The notes beneath the pieces are model-generated. The model was not told the DNA's origin. It did not search any database and worked only from the letters and a program-made list of their open reading frames with translations. A stretch of DNA of 64,000 nt, taken from positions 1,231,957 through 1,295,956 of the forward strand of contig NMRA01000030.1 in the NCBI GenBank assembly GCA_002633005.1. The letters run 5' to 3'. A program made the position numbers and the translations under genes. Positions 25,931-39,457 of this stretch are shown here, piece after piece (positions within the stretch are counted from its first letter, which is position 1; each line of letters begins with the position of its first letter). The DNA is from Phoronis australis. Taxonomy: Eukaryota; Animalia; Phoronida.

Positions 25931-26579
25931 AGTCTAGAGTTCGGTGTAAATAGACCGCGATTTTAATAGTAGGGTAATTAAAACTTTATCGGCAATGGCC
26001 ACAGGTCTGATTTTGGGAAGTACAATCCTTATGCTAGAAATAGTGCCTAGAATCACCTGCATGCATCATGGTTTTCAACCTTAAAAATAGCAATTTTAAA
26101 GTCAAAGTTTCGTATTGTTGACAATCATGATAACAGTAAATCCAATACAATTCATGGTGCGAACAAGTTTCAATAAAAGTAACCCTAAGTACAACCTGGT
26201 TATATGAGATGGAAATTAGAAAACTTAGACCTTTGACCACAAAAATATTCTTTTCCTTTAATTTAAAGCTACTGAACTTCATACACATATCTATAGGGCC
26301 TTTCATACTAACATCGACGCGTCAATGTTTTTGGGAGTTACTGTCAGTATGAACGCTTAAACTTTGGTCCTGGATGGAAGTTAACAGCGCCAGTTAACTT
26401 CACAATAGACAGGTGGATTTATGTGCTTAGCGTCAACGCTGCGGCGCAGTATAATCAACTTCGGTCCTATCAAAGTTATTGCCAGGGGCCAGTTATCATT
26501 TTTTAATGTTTATTACGAAATCTTCAGAATACAATGAATATATTTAACCCAGAAAGCGCCAAGAGGCATTAGATCTGGG

Positions 26580-27650
26580 TTAAAAAATACAAAGAAGACT
26601 ATATACAATTATTATACACCAATACATAAATTAAAAAATGATGTTAAGATTACAATGATACATGATTACGAATGTAAATAATTCATTTTCATACACAAGT
26701 CACAAGTATACAATAATATCGATTCACACAAAGAGATTTATTGTTATAAAGAAATTCTGATACTATTTCAAATAAAATCTTATTTTCATTTGGGTTGAGT
26801 TCTTGATATCCATATAGAAAAAATTAATTTTGTTGTACAATTTCAGAATTTCTAGAATATTTTTGTAGACATTGGTGTATTGTTCGAGTGTCTCGAAAAG
26901 CTTTACCCTCCGCTCCTTGCATACGTCACAAGAAAAAAAAACATGAGGATATGTCTGGGCGTCTCCACAGGAACACAGAGGCGAAATATTATTAAAATTA
27001 TGTCTAAATTTCTCGTTGTTTAGGATTACACCGCATTTTGATCTGTATAAGGTTATTTCATAGTTGTGAGGAAGTTGAAATGATATCAATGGGACTGGCA
27101 AGTCTTGAGAAGTGGTATGTATTTTAAAGTTATTTTTGAGAATGACGATTGAAGTGGTTTCTTTTATTTTGGGTGGTAAGGAATTCCAGTTGTCAATACA
27201 AGTTAATATCGTTGATCTCCTGAAAGCTTGGCTGATGGAATATGGAATAGTGTGCATATTACTTTGTCGCAGTCCTGGTCTCGTGTTTGGTCTTTTGTAG
27301 GAGTAAAAAAGAGGATTTTGTTAGAGTAATTGTTTATGTTGGTTAAGACTTTGAATGTATAAATGGACATTTGGAGTTTACGACGGGTTTCTAGTTTGCT
27401 CCAGTGGCGACTATTTACAACCTTGGTTGTGTTGGACCCTTTGTATGCCCCTGTTATGGCTAAAGCTGCTTGGTATTGTAGTCTTTTTAATTGAAGAAGT
27501 ATGCCAGCGTTTGCCGATTGGTAGATTATGTCACAGTAATATAGATGTGGAAGTACAAAAGACTTGAACAGAGTTTCAAGATGCATGGAGTTGAGATGAC
27601 GAGAGATAATTCTAAATGGATTAATTAGTTTTTGTACTTTGGGAATAGAA
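26580..27650 (-). mobile_element. 3' part of a CR1/L2-group LINE
   Basis: LFKSFVLPHLYYCDIIY...LQYQAALAITGA...W.KLETRRK, WNSLP and C-terminal CSCG..QTYPHVFFSC. Frameshifted. Confidence 0.8.
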
Positions 27651-28691
27651 ATGATATCAACAAATTAAATGTTACAATTGTCGTCGAAGCACCATATCAA
27701 GACGAACTTGTCCAATCGTCGTCTAGTTCCCTATCAATGTGCTCTTAACAGCCAAGAAAGGTTTTTACAATTAAATGTTTAAAAAATGAACGACAATACT
27801 CTATAGTCACCAAATTTGAATTGTAATTATTGCCAGCGACAAATTATACTATTACTTCAATGTTTGAATGGAATCACGTGAAACGATGTAGATGTTCTTA
27901 TTACTGCCGGTTGAATCGTAATAGCGCTATTGTTATTATCATTATTTCTCAGTACCACTCGAGTTCCAAGTGTTGCGCAGTTAATTGCTTTTCCTTACAA
28001 ATAGCACTAAGGGGTTCAAGGATCCCTCTTCGTTGCAAAGAATAGTTACAATATGATTGATGAAGCGTGCGAACTTAGTGAAGACCGGGAGATGAACAAA
28101 AGAGTGGGTGTTGTTGAGGGTCTGAAATTGTTGTAATCGGCAGACCAGTGGGGTCACGTGCGATAAGACTTGATTATAGGTAGACACACTAATGTAACCA
28201 GTGGTATTGTACTGCAGCGCCAAACACGAAATTGTTGGCGACCGAGAGAGGGACGGAGTGAGAGGTAACCACGAAGCATTTGGTAATGAACAGTGTGACT
28301 AAATGCCAATTTGAGACGAGTTTGAACCGACAGAACGCAGGCTTTTTGCAAAAAACAAAGATGGCAAGAAATTGTTTCTCCCTCTCCGTGACCACGCAAG
28401 TGAGTCAGCACTGGGTGACATGCCAGTTGCCTTGTCAGTGTTGCCCCCTCACCATGATCACAGTAGATACTACCATCTTCGACATGCTTTTAAATTGTAC
28501 CTTGCACAGCACATCCGGTGTGCGGCCATAGGTAACCAAAAATGACTATTCAACCAAGTCAGTGACGTCATGAACAGAGTTACAATAGGCAACACCCACT
28601 GTTCATTTCATGTTGTTTCTGCCACTAATTTTTGCCGCCATCAGTTAACAAAATCTAACGAAACAAACAAAGCGGAAAAGAAATTACAAAC

Positions 28692-28896
28692 TCAATTTTC
28701 AGATTCTCCATTCTAGCGGGATAGAGTCTGAGTTCTGCACACAGCGCCTCGTAGGAGACTTTCTCGCCCTCCGCACATGCGTCGTAGATACCCAGGGTCA
28801 TGTAGCTGAGGTCGTCTTCCTCCACGTTCACGTTGCTCTCTCTCATGCACGCAGACAACACTTCTCTCAGTTCTCTAAGGTTCAATTCACCTGTTC
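28692..28896 (-). CDS. NOX5: NOX5-like exon (EF3 exit helix and degenerate EF4)
   Basis: ctcgtcag|GTGELNLRELREVLSACMRESNVNVEEDDLSYMTLGIYD...LRLYPARMENLKI(D)|gtttgt matches NOX5 GSID..ELRTVLQSCLRES...FPGVMENLTIS. The phase 2 join to 24075 restores the frame. Confidence 0.9.
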
Positions 28897-29347
28897 CTGA
28901 CGAGAGACGGAGAATATTTTCAAATTTTCTACCTTTGAGGTATGCGCAGCCCAAGCGTAGCCCCGTTTAAGCCGATTGAACGTCGTACAATTAGTCAGAA
29001 GGGTTGAAACTTTACGTCGTTAACAGTCTTTTACAGCTGAAGATAAATTGGAAGGTGGGAATTTTGCCCACTTGTACTGGTAAAACAGAGCCGTTCTCAC
29101 TTGGGCCCTCAGTGTTTAATCGGACTGTAAGCCTAGACTGAGCTCCATAGACATGGAGAATCTTTCAAATAAACTTAGTGCGCCTGTAATGCATTGGCTA
29201 CAGTCACGTGGCAAGGTGGGCGTTCACCGAGAATGTTTACTTTGGCAACAATCGTTTCGCTCGTAACCAAACGCAGTGTGTAGCCTTTGCAATAACGTGC
29301 CCACGGTCGTCTTGTCAAAACCAGACTCATGGACTTAAATTAGTTAC

Positions 29348-29438
29348 CTATGCTGGCCTTTTCCTTGCTATAGGAACATGTCGATTTATGTATTGCAACT
29401 CTCATCTTCGAATTTCTGGGAGGTGACACTGAGGACAT
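29348..29438 (-). CDS. Candidate first or upstream coding exon of the NOX5-like gene
   Basis: MSSVSPPRNSKMRVAIHKSTCSYSKEKASI G|gtaact. The phase 1 donor fits the phase 1 acceptor at 28896; no homology support. Confidence 0.4.
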
Positions 29439-32400
29439 CAGAATCAGAAGGCAGATACTCCGCTAAACGAGAGTTCACCTGTCCTACCAGGCGTCTTGCA
29501 AAAATCTTATTAAGCATTAAGTCAAACTTATTAGCATAATATTTATGAACAAAACTCTATTATTGTATCCAGTAAAAAACGATCGTCATTGGCGATCAGA
29601 GACTAACAGCAAGTTAAGTCATTATAGAAACGCATAAGTACAAACGCCTAGTTTTTCAAATTAGCCTGCAGGAGCATAAAGTTACGACGAAAAGTGCATT
29701 GTATGGAAATGGCGGAACCTAATTTGCGTAATTAGGTTTTTGGAGTTGCAATTTTTTAGTTTGGATACGTGATGCAATGCTCAAGAACTATTTATATGAA
29801 GTGTACTGGAGAGGCATTTTACCATTTTAAATAGTACATGCCATGTTGGGATTTCTACTACAAAGATGCACATGAATTTGACAAGTTGGCCGCCATTTTG
29901 TTTACGCTAAGTAGATGCTAAAAAATTTAAAATTTGGCTTGGAAATAAAATTTTCCATATGATTGTTTTAAAAAGTCTGGTCCCCAGCTTTTACTAAAAA
30001 TGCTTCTAGAGCCTGGAAATTCGCGTCTAGACTATTACAGTCTTCTGTTCCCACGGTAAGAACAGGAGCCAAACGTTTGGGAGCTGTCGGGGGTGTCACT
30101 CCTCAATTATTGCCTATTTATTCAGAAAGAGAAAGCTGGGCAAAGATATTCATTAAAATGAGAATTCCTGTTTGGACACTTTCACAAACTTGGTAATAAA
30201 ATACTTCTTACTACTGATCAGCAGAGAGAACTGACACGCTTACAAAAACTGCCTCTGCTCATATATGGGCAATGGACGAATAAATGATTTGTTTTCTGTT
30301 GACAAATTAAAACACCATGATTTCTGAAAGTATATCTGATAATTTTGTTCACAGAAAAATAGACATAAAGCAAAACACAAAGCTCAAGAAGTGCATATAG
30401 TAGCTAGGGTCTTGGCTTTGTTATGCTGCAATGCAACAGTGTGAGTTAGATACAGCTGGAAATGAAACCGCGCTATCAAAAGAAATTTTTGGGTGCCTGT
30501 AAAATGGTAACACACATTTTACCTATGCAATAACTGGATCAACTGCCATAGAAGGGAAGAAGCCAAACACGGATGATGAAAATTGGTATCATGAAATTTA
30601 TTTGAGCTTAGAGTTACAGCATTGATACAGGATTGTTACAGGATTGTTACAGGATTGTTGCATTTCTGCGTTTTAAGCAAATTGGTGCATGACTGTTTTA
30701 CTTACCTTGAAATGTATTTTCAAACTTTTCATAAGATTTCTATCAGAACACAATGAAAGACACGTTCAATGGTAATTAGGTCAAGACAGCTTTAAGAAAA
30801 TTTCGTACTGGAATGAATCAAGTTAGCGGCGGTAAATCGTTCTGTTGAAGTAATCCACTGAGATGATGTGTAATTAGGATATCCACCTCGCCGAATTAAC
30901 AAATTAAAACATATGTTCCAACTTCAAAGTACGAAACAAAACAATGGTTTTCAAAGATGGTTCTGCTTGGGGCTTTAAAGGGACGTAATCGGTCTTTGGG
31001 CCAAAAAGCTTTTTAAGGATTATTGTTGGATTCTGGGATAGAATTCTTGAAGATACTAGCAATGACAAAACGTATATAGAGAATCCTACACTAGTCTCAA
31101 GTTTATGACATGGGCAAAACCTCTTGGAAATAAGCCTCGGGATTTTGACGAAATTTCCAAGAGGTTTTGCCCATGTCATCAATCTGTGACGAGTGTAGGA
31201 TTTTTTTTCACATGAACCGTCAAAACGATGTTTTTTGCCAAAAAAATCGACTTGTCTAGAACTTTCAACCACATAACGCAACTTTTGTAAAAACACGCTT
31301 GCGCAATACAAATTTAAGGAATCCAGTTACTTTTTGTTAATAGTTTTATTTTAAGCTTAGCAATTGTAAATTGCACTCAGCTTTCGTAGCAAATATTCAA
31401 GTTAGAACCTAATAAATAGTTTTTGAAGCGGTGGTTGGGGGTGGCAAATGCACACCCTGCAATGAGTTCAATTTTATTTAGTTAAGGTCTTAAACTTTCG
31501 ACTTACGATTTGTGAATTTTAACCACTAATCTAGTTAAAAACTCAACAAGCAATTTATTGTCATTTAAATTCTGAGAAGATTTTGTGTGTCACTTTGTAG
31601 AGGTGTCCGACATTCATCAGCATCCTTGAGACTTATTTCAGATAGACAAAAAATCGCTCAGTACACTTTGATATTTGAGGATCCGACGATAGATCGAATT
31701 TTCAAATGTCAGCCTATAACTAAGTTCAGTTAAGCATCGTAATTTCTTACAAGATGAGCTCCTAATTGTCAAAAAATCCTCTATCAATCATTTGATTTTC
31801 GTAGATACATAAACATATAAATTAAAGTCCAAGAATCGATTCCATGAACAAAGTGTTTACCTAAATTTAATGATCAAATTCTTCTTTGAACTCCTGTTTG
31901 TGAGGTTAAACGACAAATCTCATACCTAAGCAAACAAGCAATGAATTTATCGTCATTGAACTTTTGAGTATATTTTTGGGAACTGTACGAATTTGATCAG
32001 TGTATTTGACAGGTATTTTAGATAGGTAAACATCGTCTAAGTGTACTTTACTGTTTGGGGGTCGGATTATATAGAGTTTTTCCAACTTCAAGTTGCGACT
32101 AAGCATGCGCTCGCCCAAGAGGGCGAAGCGGGAAAAAAGTCCGCCTCAGAGGAACAAAATCTCAGAAAAAAGCAGAAAACGATATAAAAGTCCAATAAAA
32201 AGTCAGGAACCTACCAAAATTCGGCAAATACACAATTCATACCTCTGAATCATAGTAAAAGTCCACATTCCCAAAAATTCGAGCCCTACATTTTTTAGGC
32301 TGGGTACGTGCATGCTAAGTTCTTTGAAGCATCATCAATTCTAACAAGATTAGATTCCAATTGTCAAAACTAATCTATGAATCTGTCAATTTTCTTAGAT

Positions 32401-34209
32401 ACATAAACATCTAAAACAGAAATATGAAAACGAAATGTTATAAGCAATTTTCGCAGGCACGCTTGCAGATTTTTGACTGTTAACCGGTGGGAACATGAGA
32501 GACGGGGCATTCGTATTTAGTAAAGTACATCAGTTTTTGGCCATAATACAATCTACAAACGGAAAATCGCCGCACCAATGAAAAATTTCAAACTAATTCT
32601 GATGATATCCACTGAACAGATAAAACGTCGAATCAATAGAAACTTTTTCGTTTTGTCGTGACTGTCCGTTTTTTGATTCGGATTTAGCTGTATTGTTGCT
32701 CATTTCAGATGTAATATACCTATAGCGGTTCATGATTTAAAGTTGAACTCTAAAAAAACGCTGAAATTTTTGTTTATGATTGCAAGTACTTCGAATATCC
32801 CCATTCGACATGTACATGATCATCACAAATTGTAGCTCCGACTGTCTTTTCGACATTTGCAAATTCCTTGCGAACAACTCCTAGTAACGATCTTCAAAAA
32901 TACTATTCTTATGATACTGTGACAAAAAGTACCATTATTTTATAACCAAACACCGGAAATAATCCTTTTGTGTTATTCATAAATAATGGTCATCCCGTTC
33001 TTCAAAATTATACCTTTTCGATGGCAGTTATCCCCTAATTGTATTTTTTACATTTTTGTTTATTTGAGTCGAATGTCTTAAGACTGTTGTGCTTCGCACG
33101 AATGTTTTGTGTTTTTGATGAATTTGGAATCTTAACTTCTCCTTGTGAATATTTGGCAGTGTCGGATTTACATGTCTAGCGGGACAAAAGGCAATTCCCC
33201 CGAACCGCCCGCCTAGAGAGGGTCCTGTCTGAAGAAGGACACCTTAATGTAAAAGGCTAAACATCATTAAGCTTGGAAAAGAGTGATAGTTCATTCCATC
33301 GTCGATGGGCCCTGCAAAAAGTGACCTATGCAAGCCGTTTGTACGATTTCACAAAAACGGGAAAATATAGGAAATCGATTCAAACATTCGACCTTCTCTC
33401 AGTGAGCGGTCCCTTAAGAATCTGTCAATGAAAACACAAAAAGGGTGGCTACTTGAATGTCGTCAATGGCCCCCTTCAAGGGCTGGGCCCTTAAATATGA
33501 AAAGACCTATATTTTCAAAGATCAGGAAATGCACAGCAATTGGTATTATCTGTCAGATCAACAATTGTTCTCAAGCAATAATAGAATTTTGAAAAAAACA
33601 CACGAAAAAATAGAGCGACAGTTGTCGCCGTTATCCCTTGCCCGAGAGAGCTTCTGGAAAAACATAGTTTTACCTTCGACAAATTGTTTTATTGGATTTA
33701 CAATTTTCTCAATTTTTCGAAATACATGTATGAATAGTGCACGTTTTCAAGAGTGTTAGGCGACTTATGCTGCAAAAACGTAAACCCGGCCTAACAACAA
33801 TATTCTGACAAGGGCCATAGTAAACCATGCACTGTTATTGAGTAGTAAAATGTTCTCTAATCCGTATTCGCAGTCTTTGACGGTTTAACTCTGACGCCTT
33901 TAAAATTTAGGGTGTGCATTTGCCGCCCCCAACCACCGCTTCCTACGCCCCTGATACCCCCATTGTGGCTGACAGTGAAACTTTAAAAATTGCTGGGCTT
34001 CTCGCCATTATGCACAGATACGTGTAACATTAATGAAAAATGTAAGGGAACACGGCTTTTCTCGGACTGCGATGATGATGTTTTGCGTTTGATGAACTTG
34101 ATCAGTGTGTCATCACTTTCGATATTTTCATTATTCACAGAAACTTAGCCATTTTTACAATATTGCATATATGTCTATCAAAATACCTTATCTTCATTCT
34201 CGGGGAACT

Positions 34210-34915
34210 TCCAATCCGAAATATATACAAAAAACGTACCGAGAGTGGCGTACATGAAGTAATATCCCACGAGACATTATTCCGCGAATCGACCGAGACC
34301 GAATTGTATTTATCCCATGCGCTTCGAATTCCTAAGTTTCTTACACTTTTCGCCAGATTTTTCAAATACTTCACCCAGACTGTCCACATGGCGGATCTCA
34401 TCCTACAGTATATGTATGTACTTGCGCGTTAGCTTGCAAGTTTTCTCTTGAAAAAGAAGCACTTATAAAAGTAACGATTTATTTCTTGAAAAGAGGTAGC
34501 AAAGATGAAAAAACGGCATCTGAGCACTGAATTTGTAACATCTCATGGAAATAGTTAAAAAACAACAATTTTTGGTATTTCAATTTCCTAAGAATCGGCG
34601 CCTGAGTTGCAGACGATATAGCATTCAGCAATTGAAAACTGAGAGAAAGTGTCTTATAATTAACAGTAATGTTCCAGATTTTACGGTTAGGGCCTGGTTG
34701 CATGTCGAGAGTTAGTTACACTGTTGTAACTGTATTAGTTTAAACTATATTCGGAAAGTTTGATGATCGAACCGGCTGAAGACGTCGAGTCGACATTGTC
34801 CTACCTTTTGAACTTTCCATGTCAGAGGTAGCTGTTGAAGTAGTGCGGAAGGTGAATACGGAAAATTCTATTACATTGGCCGTATTTCCCTCGACAGATT
34901 CAACGCGCGTGGGAT
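34210..34915 (+). repeat. Dispersed ~700-bp repeat, copy 1 (copy 2 at 46260-46975)
   Basis: Colinear blocks tatttatcccatgcgcttcg, aatcggcgcctgag, gatcgaaccggct..gacgtcgagtcga and tgttgaagtagtgcgg occur in both copies. Confidence 0.8.
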
Positions 34916-36604
34916 AAATAGCGCGTAACTGGAAAAAAAATTGGAAGAACTACCTTGGAGCCGCATAACCGCGTGGAAACTTGTTTACTACTTATCCAAG
35001 GTCAAAAGTTACGAGGCTTTGTCTCAAATCGAATCTCCCTTTAGGCACAGAGCAGTTGCGTACGTACCCTCAGTCCTTCCATTCACCGAGTCGACCTAAT
35101 ATTGCGTCAAGGACGTGTACGTATGATAAAAAGATGTCTGGAAAACCGAAGCCAAACCGTAACTTTGATCGCGAGGTTTTGTCTGATAATGAACTATTGA
35201 CCTACCTTAATGTGGACCACAATGCACCAGCTTGACTCAGTTAATATGTTGGCTCCGCCCGCATGACCTAGTTGGGTTCGATGAATGCCTAATTTTTTCA
35301 TAATGTAACAAAGACGAATGCGACTTTTTATAAAAATACCTTACGTTTGCAAGTTGAACTGTCATAGAAATCAAACGAAAATGCTAATTGAAAATTTTTA
35401 ATAGCGTTTTTGAGGTAACTGGTCAAGTTTTCATTTAAAAAAGATTTCATTAAAATCGACAGAGAGGTTATTTTGCTACGTATGCACCTTTCTTAAACAT
35501 GGTATTTTGATTTAAAAAAGTGTTAACGTAATAATAATAATGACATAAATGTAGAACATATTTTTATATTTTCTGACCTTTTCTTTCAGAAAATTTTTGC
35601 TTTTGGTTTTTGACAAACTTAGTGTTTTGATATACGACTTGAAATAGAGGCCACTAAATAAGGCTTAGTTGAGATAACCTTAATTTTCTGTTTGCAAAAC
35701 ATGATTGAACGAAGATTCACGAGACCTTTTACAGTTAACGGCTAATTGACCAAAATGTCTTCAAAACAGTAACTGTCAAAAAATAAAATGTATCTGGTTG
35801 AGTGTCCTCGTCCAAATCAGAACAAACAATAAAAGGGTTTATGAACTGGCATATTGACACGTGCCACCCCAAACCCCAAATCCCTGCTTTAATTTTCGCA
35901 GCTGGGTAAGAATGCAAATCTGACGTGGATTTGAAAATGAGCAAAAAATGATATGTCCAACGAGCAAACATTATCTGAAACTTTTGTCACTACAAGAAAG
36001 ACGACACCTGGAGTGTGAACGTTCTCGGGAAATTTACGCGCCAGTAAGGATCAATTATCAACAGAAATCATCCGTTAAGGGCGTTCTGCAAATTTGCATC
36101 ACTTTATTGTTGAATCTTTAAACATTTTCAAATTTTGTATTTTAGTCTTTGTCTAATAAAAACGAGCAAAATGTGGAGGTCACTGAACTAGTTTTTTAGC
36201 TGCCCAAACTGAAGCACCTCTGACAAAAAGTGAAATTTGGTTGGTTTATATATTTAAATTACTAATTCAAATCCAATAGAAAACGGACTAATTTCTTGTC
36301 AGTTCTATTTAACGAGCTTAATATATTTACCAGTTCACTGATATTCTTGCGTCGGAATAAGTAAAAAATTTTTCCTAGATTTGACTACTTCCAAATTTAG
36401 TGTTTTGGCAAAAATTAAACCGTTAATAAATTTTATTTTACGTTTTAGTAGGAAACTCTTAGCGTTTTTTATGAAATTTGCCACAAATATGGGGTGGCCA
36501 ACTAGATTAGCTCAAACAGCGTCTCGTAAGAAAACAAATTTTGACATTTTAAAAATCCCACCAATTTCAAGACCACAATTAGACTCGCTTAACTTGATGG
36601 ACAT

Positions 36605-37067
36605 TATACTGTGTTGTTGGGACTGACATTACATTTTGTTGTTGCGACAGTGGTTATATCATGTGGTTGGGACTGTGATTATATTGTGTTGTTAGGGCTG
36701 CCATAATATTGTGTTGTTGGGACTGTGATAATATTGTGTTGTTGAGACTGTGATTATATTGTGTTGTTGGGACTGTGATTATATTGTGTTGATGAGACTG
36801 ATTATATTGTGTTGATGGTACTGTGATTGTATTGTGTTGATGGGACTGTGATTATATTGTGTTGATGGGACTGTGGTTATAATGTGTTGATGGGACTGTG
36901 ATTATGTTGTGTTGATGGGACTGTGATGGTATTGTGTTGATGGGACTGTGATTATATTGAGTTAATGGGACTGTGCTTATATTGTGTTGATGGGACTGGG
37001 CTTATATTGTGTTGATGAGACTGTGATTATATTGTGTTGTTGGGAGTTTGACAATATTGTGTTGTTG
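36605..37067. repeat. 25-bp minisatellite (gggactgtgattatattgtgttgat), resuming at 38689-38723 and 46074-46115
   Basis: About 18 visible tandem units; the array is split by a LINE and an LTR element. Confidence 0.95.
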
Positions 37068-38688
37068 AAATTTTGTCTTGGACAAAAAAATCTTTTAGAT
37101 TTTTGGGGGTGGATTTCGACACTCAATTGGATAGTATGACGCATAAGAACTTCACTGCAAGAATAACTGAGATCAAGTCTTTACTAAAAAGTTGGAGTCG
37201 ACGAAATTTAACGCCGTTTGGTAGAGTAACGGTAATTAAAACATTAGCTATTTCTAAACTTAATTTTTTGTTGTCAAGTTTACCAAATCCATCAGTGAAA
37301 GTCTTGGGTGAATTGAATACGACATTTTTTAGATTTGTATGGCAGGCCCGTAATGATAAAATTAAACGAACTACGGCCTGTTTAGGACTTGATCGAGGGG
37401 GAATTCAAATGGTTAATATGCATACTTTCAGCAAAGCTTTAAAACTCGCTATGGCCCGTAGATATCTGGAAAGCCCTGCGTCTAAAAGTGGTGAATTACT
37501 GTACGCACTCTACCCGTTCTTAAAGAATTTTGCTTCATTTGGAGATGACTTTATTAAGTCGAAGTTAACTCTAATTGGTAATTCCTACTGGCGCGACGTA
37601 TTTGAAAGTATGTTATCTTTCTACAAGAAAATAATTGTTGCAAGTAAAGAGGACTTTTTGAACCAACCTTTGTGGTTTAATAGTAACTTGGCGATCGGAG
37701 GCACAGGTGTTTTTTATAAGCCTTGGTTTGTAAAAGGCTTGAGATTTATTAGAGATATGTATACCTCTGATGGTGATTTTGTTAGTCTAAACAATATGAA
37801 AAATAGGTTCGACGTGAAAACCAACTTTGTAGAATATAATGGTGTTGTTTCTGTTCTAAAAAGGTTTCAAAAAAGTCTATTTCAAAGTAAATTTAAAAGT
37901 GTTAATGTCTACTCTCCTTGCATGCCTTTAGCAATTACTCACTTACGGAAAGATTTGAAGGGTTGTAGACATATTTGTTCAGTCTTTAATAACGTTAAGA
38001 AACCTAAGTCAGAGTCTAAATGGGAAATAGAGCTAGGAGATAGTTTAGATTGGAAGAAAATATATGCTTTACCTTACAAAATTACAAAGGATCCCCATAT
38101 TAGATGGTTCCAATTTAGAATACTACATAGAATTATTGCAACAAATACCTTTTTAGTCAAAATATGTGTTAGGGATTCTGATCTATGTTCCTTTTGTAAT
38201 AAAGCTCCAGAGACGCTGTCACACCTTTTTTGGGAATGTAGCTTTGTACAAGATTTCTGGAAGGAATTCGAAAAGCTACTTCAAAAGTGTGGCATTCAGC
38301 TTCCCAACTGTCTGTCTTACGATATTGTTATTCTTGGACTTTACAAGACGCAAGATTTCCTATTTAACATTTTACTTCTACTAGCTAAACAGTACATTTA
38401 CAAAGAGAGATGTCACAAAAATATACCTAATTTTCTCAAGTTCGTTACAAAAACTTATGAATACTATAATGCTGAAAAATTAAATGCACATAACAACTTT
38501 GTACATGACAGCTTCTCTGCAAAATGGGAAAAATTTATTGTTCATGTTAAGTTCATGTAGAAGATATTTACTTTAAACGAGATATGAGAATGGTCTTCCT
38601 GAGGTGTGCATGCGTGAATGAATGGTGTACTTATTTGTTTGTTTGTTTTTGTAATTGTTTGTAAAGGATAATAAATACATAAAAAAAT
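37068..38688 (+). mobile_element. 5'-truncated L1/Tx1-clade LINE (ORF2 C-terminal 495 aa open)
   Basis: FRFLGV...WSRRNLTPFGRVTVIKTLAISKL, QPLWFNS, WFQFRILHRIIATN and zf-RVT CSFC..APETLSHLFWEC. aataaa plus an A tail, and an apparent ~14-bp TSD atattgtg(t/c)tgttg. Confidence 0.93.
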
Positions 38689-38723
38689 ATATTGTGCTGT
38701 TGGGACTGTGATTATATTGTGCT

Positions 38724-39457
38724 TGTTCTGGCGCAGTGTCAGCTAGCGATCGAGAGAACACAGGTGATTCTACGAAAAGCCTATTCTTTTATTTGAGTGC
38801 CGTCAGTAGGCCTACATAGATAAACCCCATAAACTGAAATAAACAAAACCCCAAATCACTACTACGAAATATAATACGGACACAGATAGCGACAATCTAT
38901 ACGAAAACCCTTATTTACATCAACGAAGAAAATAAACAAGTAACGAAATGGCAACATCAGATAAACTGATCTTTTATATTATATGAAAATACTAGATACA
39001 AAACGAACATAATTCATACACAACTGTACCGTGAGACCGTGACCAAACTAGGTATCAAGTCACCCTAAACAATTACAATGATATGAGCTAGAAACAGACT
39101 GGTTTGCGAATTGCAATCTCAAGGTCACAGCGAACAACGCCCGAACCCCCGACATGTACAACAAAGGAAGAAATACGGCGAAGTAAATAAAGCGAAAAAT
39201 ACTGTAACTACGGACACGAGAGAATGCTTTGCACAAACCAGAAATGTAACGATAAGCAAAAAAATAATACATCATGAAAACCCTGAAATCTCAACCACGA
39301 AACCAATGACATGCCTTCACTGCACACAGATAAGAAATACGAAATACGAATGAATGGAACTGGCGGGTCCACGATATGGGGGTACTTCAAAATGAGTGCA
39401 ACAGAAAACAATATTAATTATACATAGTTAACATGAATGATTGCGTCTGCAGTAACA
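38724..39457 (-). repeat. 3' LTR of the BEL/Pao element
   Basis: Direct repeat of 45307-46073. Confidence 0.93.

Larger units (their letters stand above)
24635..25960 (+). mobile_element. Penelope-like retroelement (RT + GIY-YIG), 5'-truncated and frameshifted
   Basis: MVSFDVESLFTSVP, QGMAMGSPLSPVLANLYME, WKRYVDDTF, LPFLDVLV, YNKKTHTGRYL, then VIYEIPCE..ESYIGET...RKIKEAMY. Confidence 0.92.

Noticed and set aside
29415-29445. CAGUGU iron-responsive-element loop near the NOX5-like 5' end (minus strand)
   Set aside because: The flanks do not form the required 5-bp upper stem with a C bulge.
30046-32495. Possible element bounded by tgttcccac(c)ggt inverted ends
   Set aside because: The match is short, with no TSD and no coding support.
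39060-39411. ORFs repeated at 45638-46027
   Set aside because: They lie within the two LTRs, are not conserved in frame, and have no recognisable motifs.
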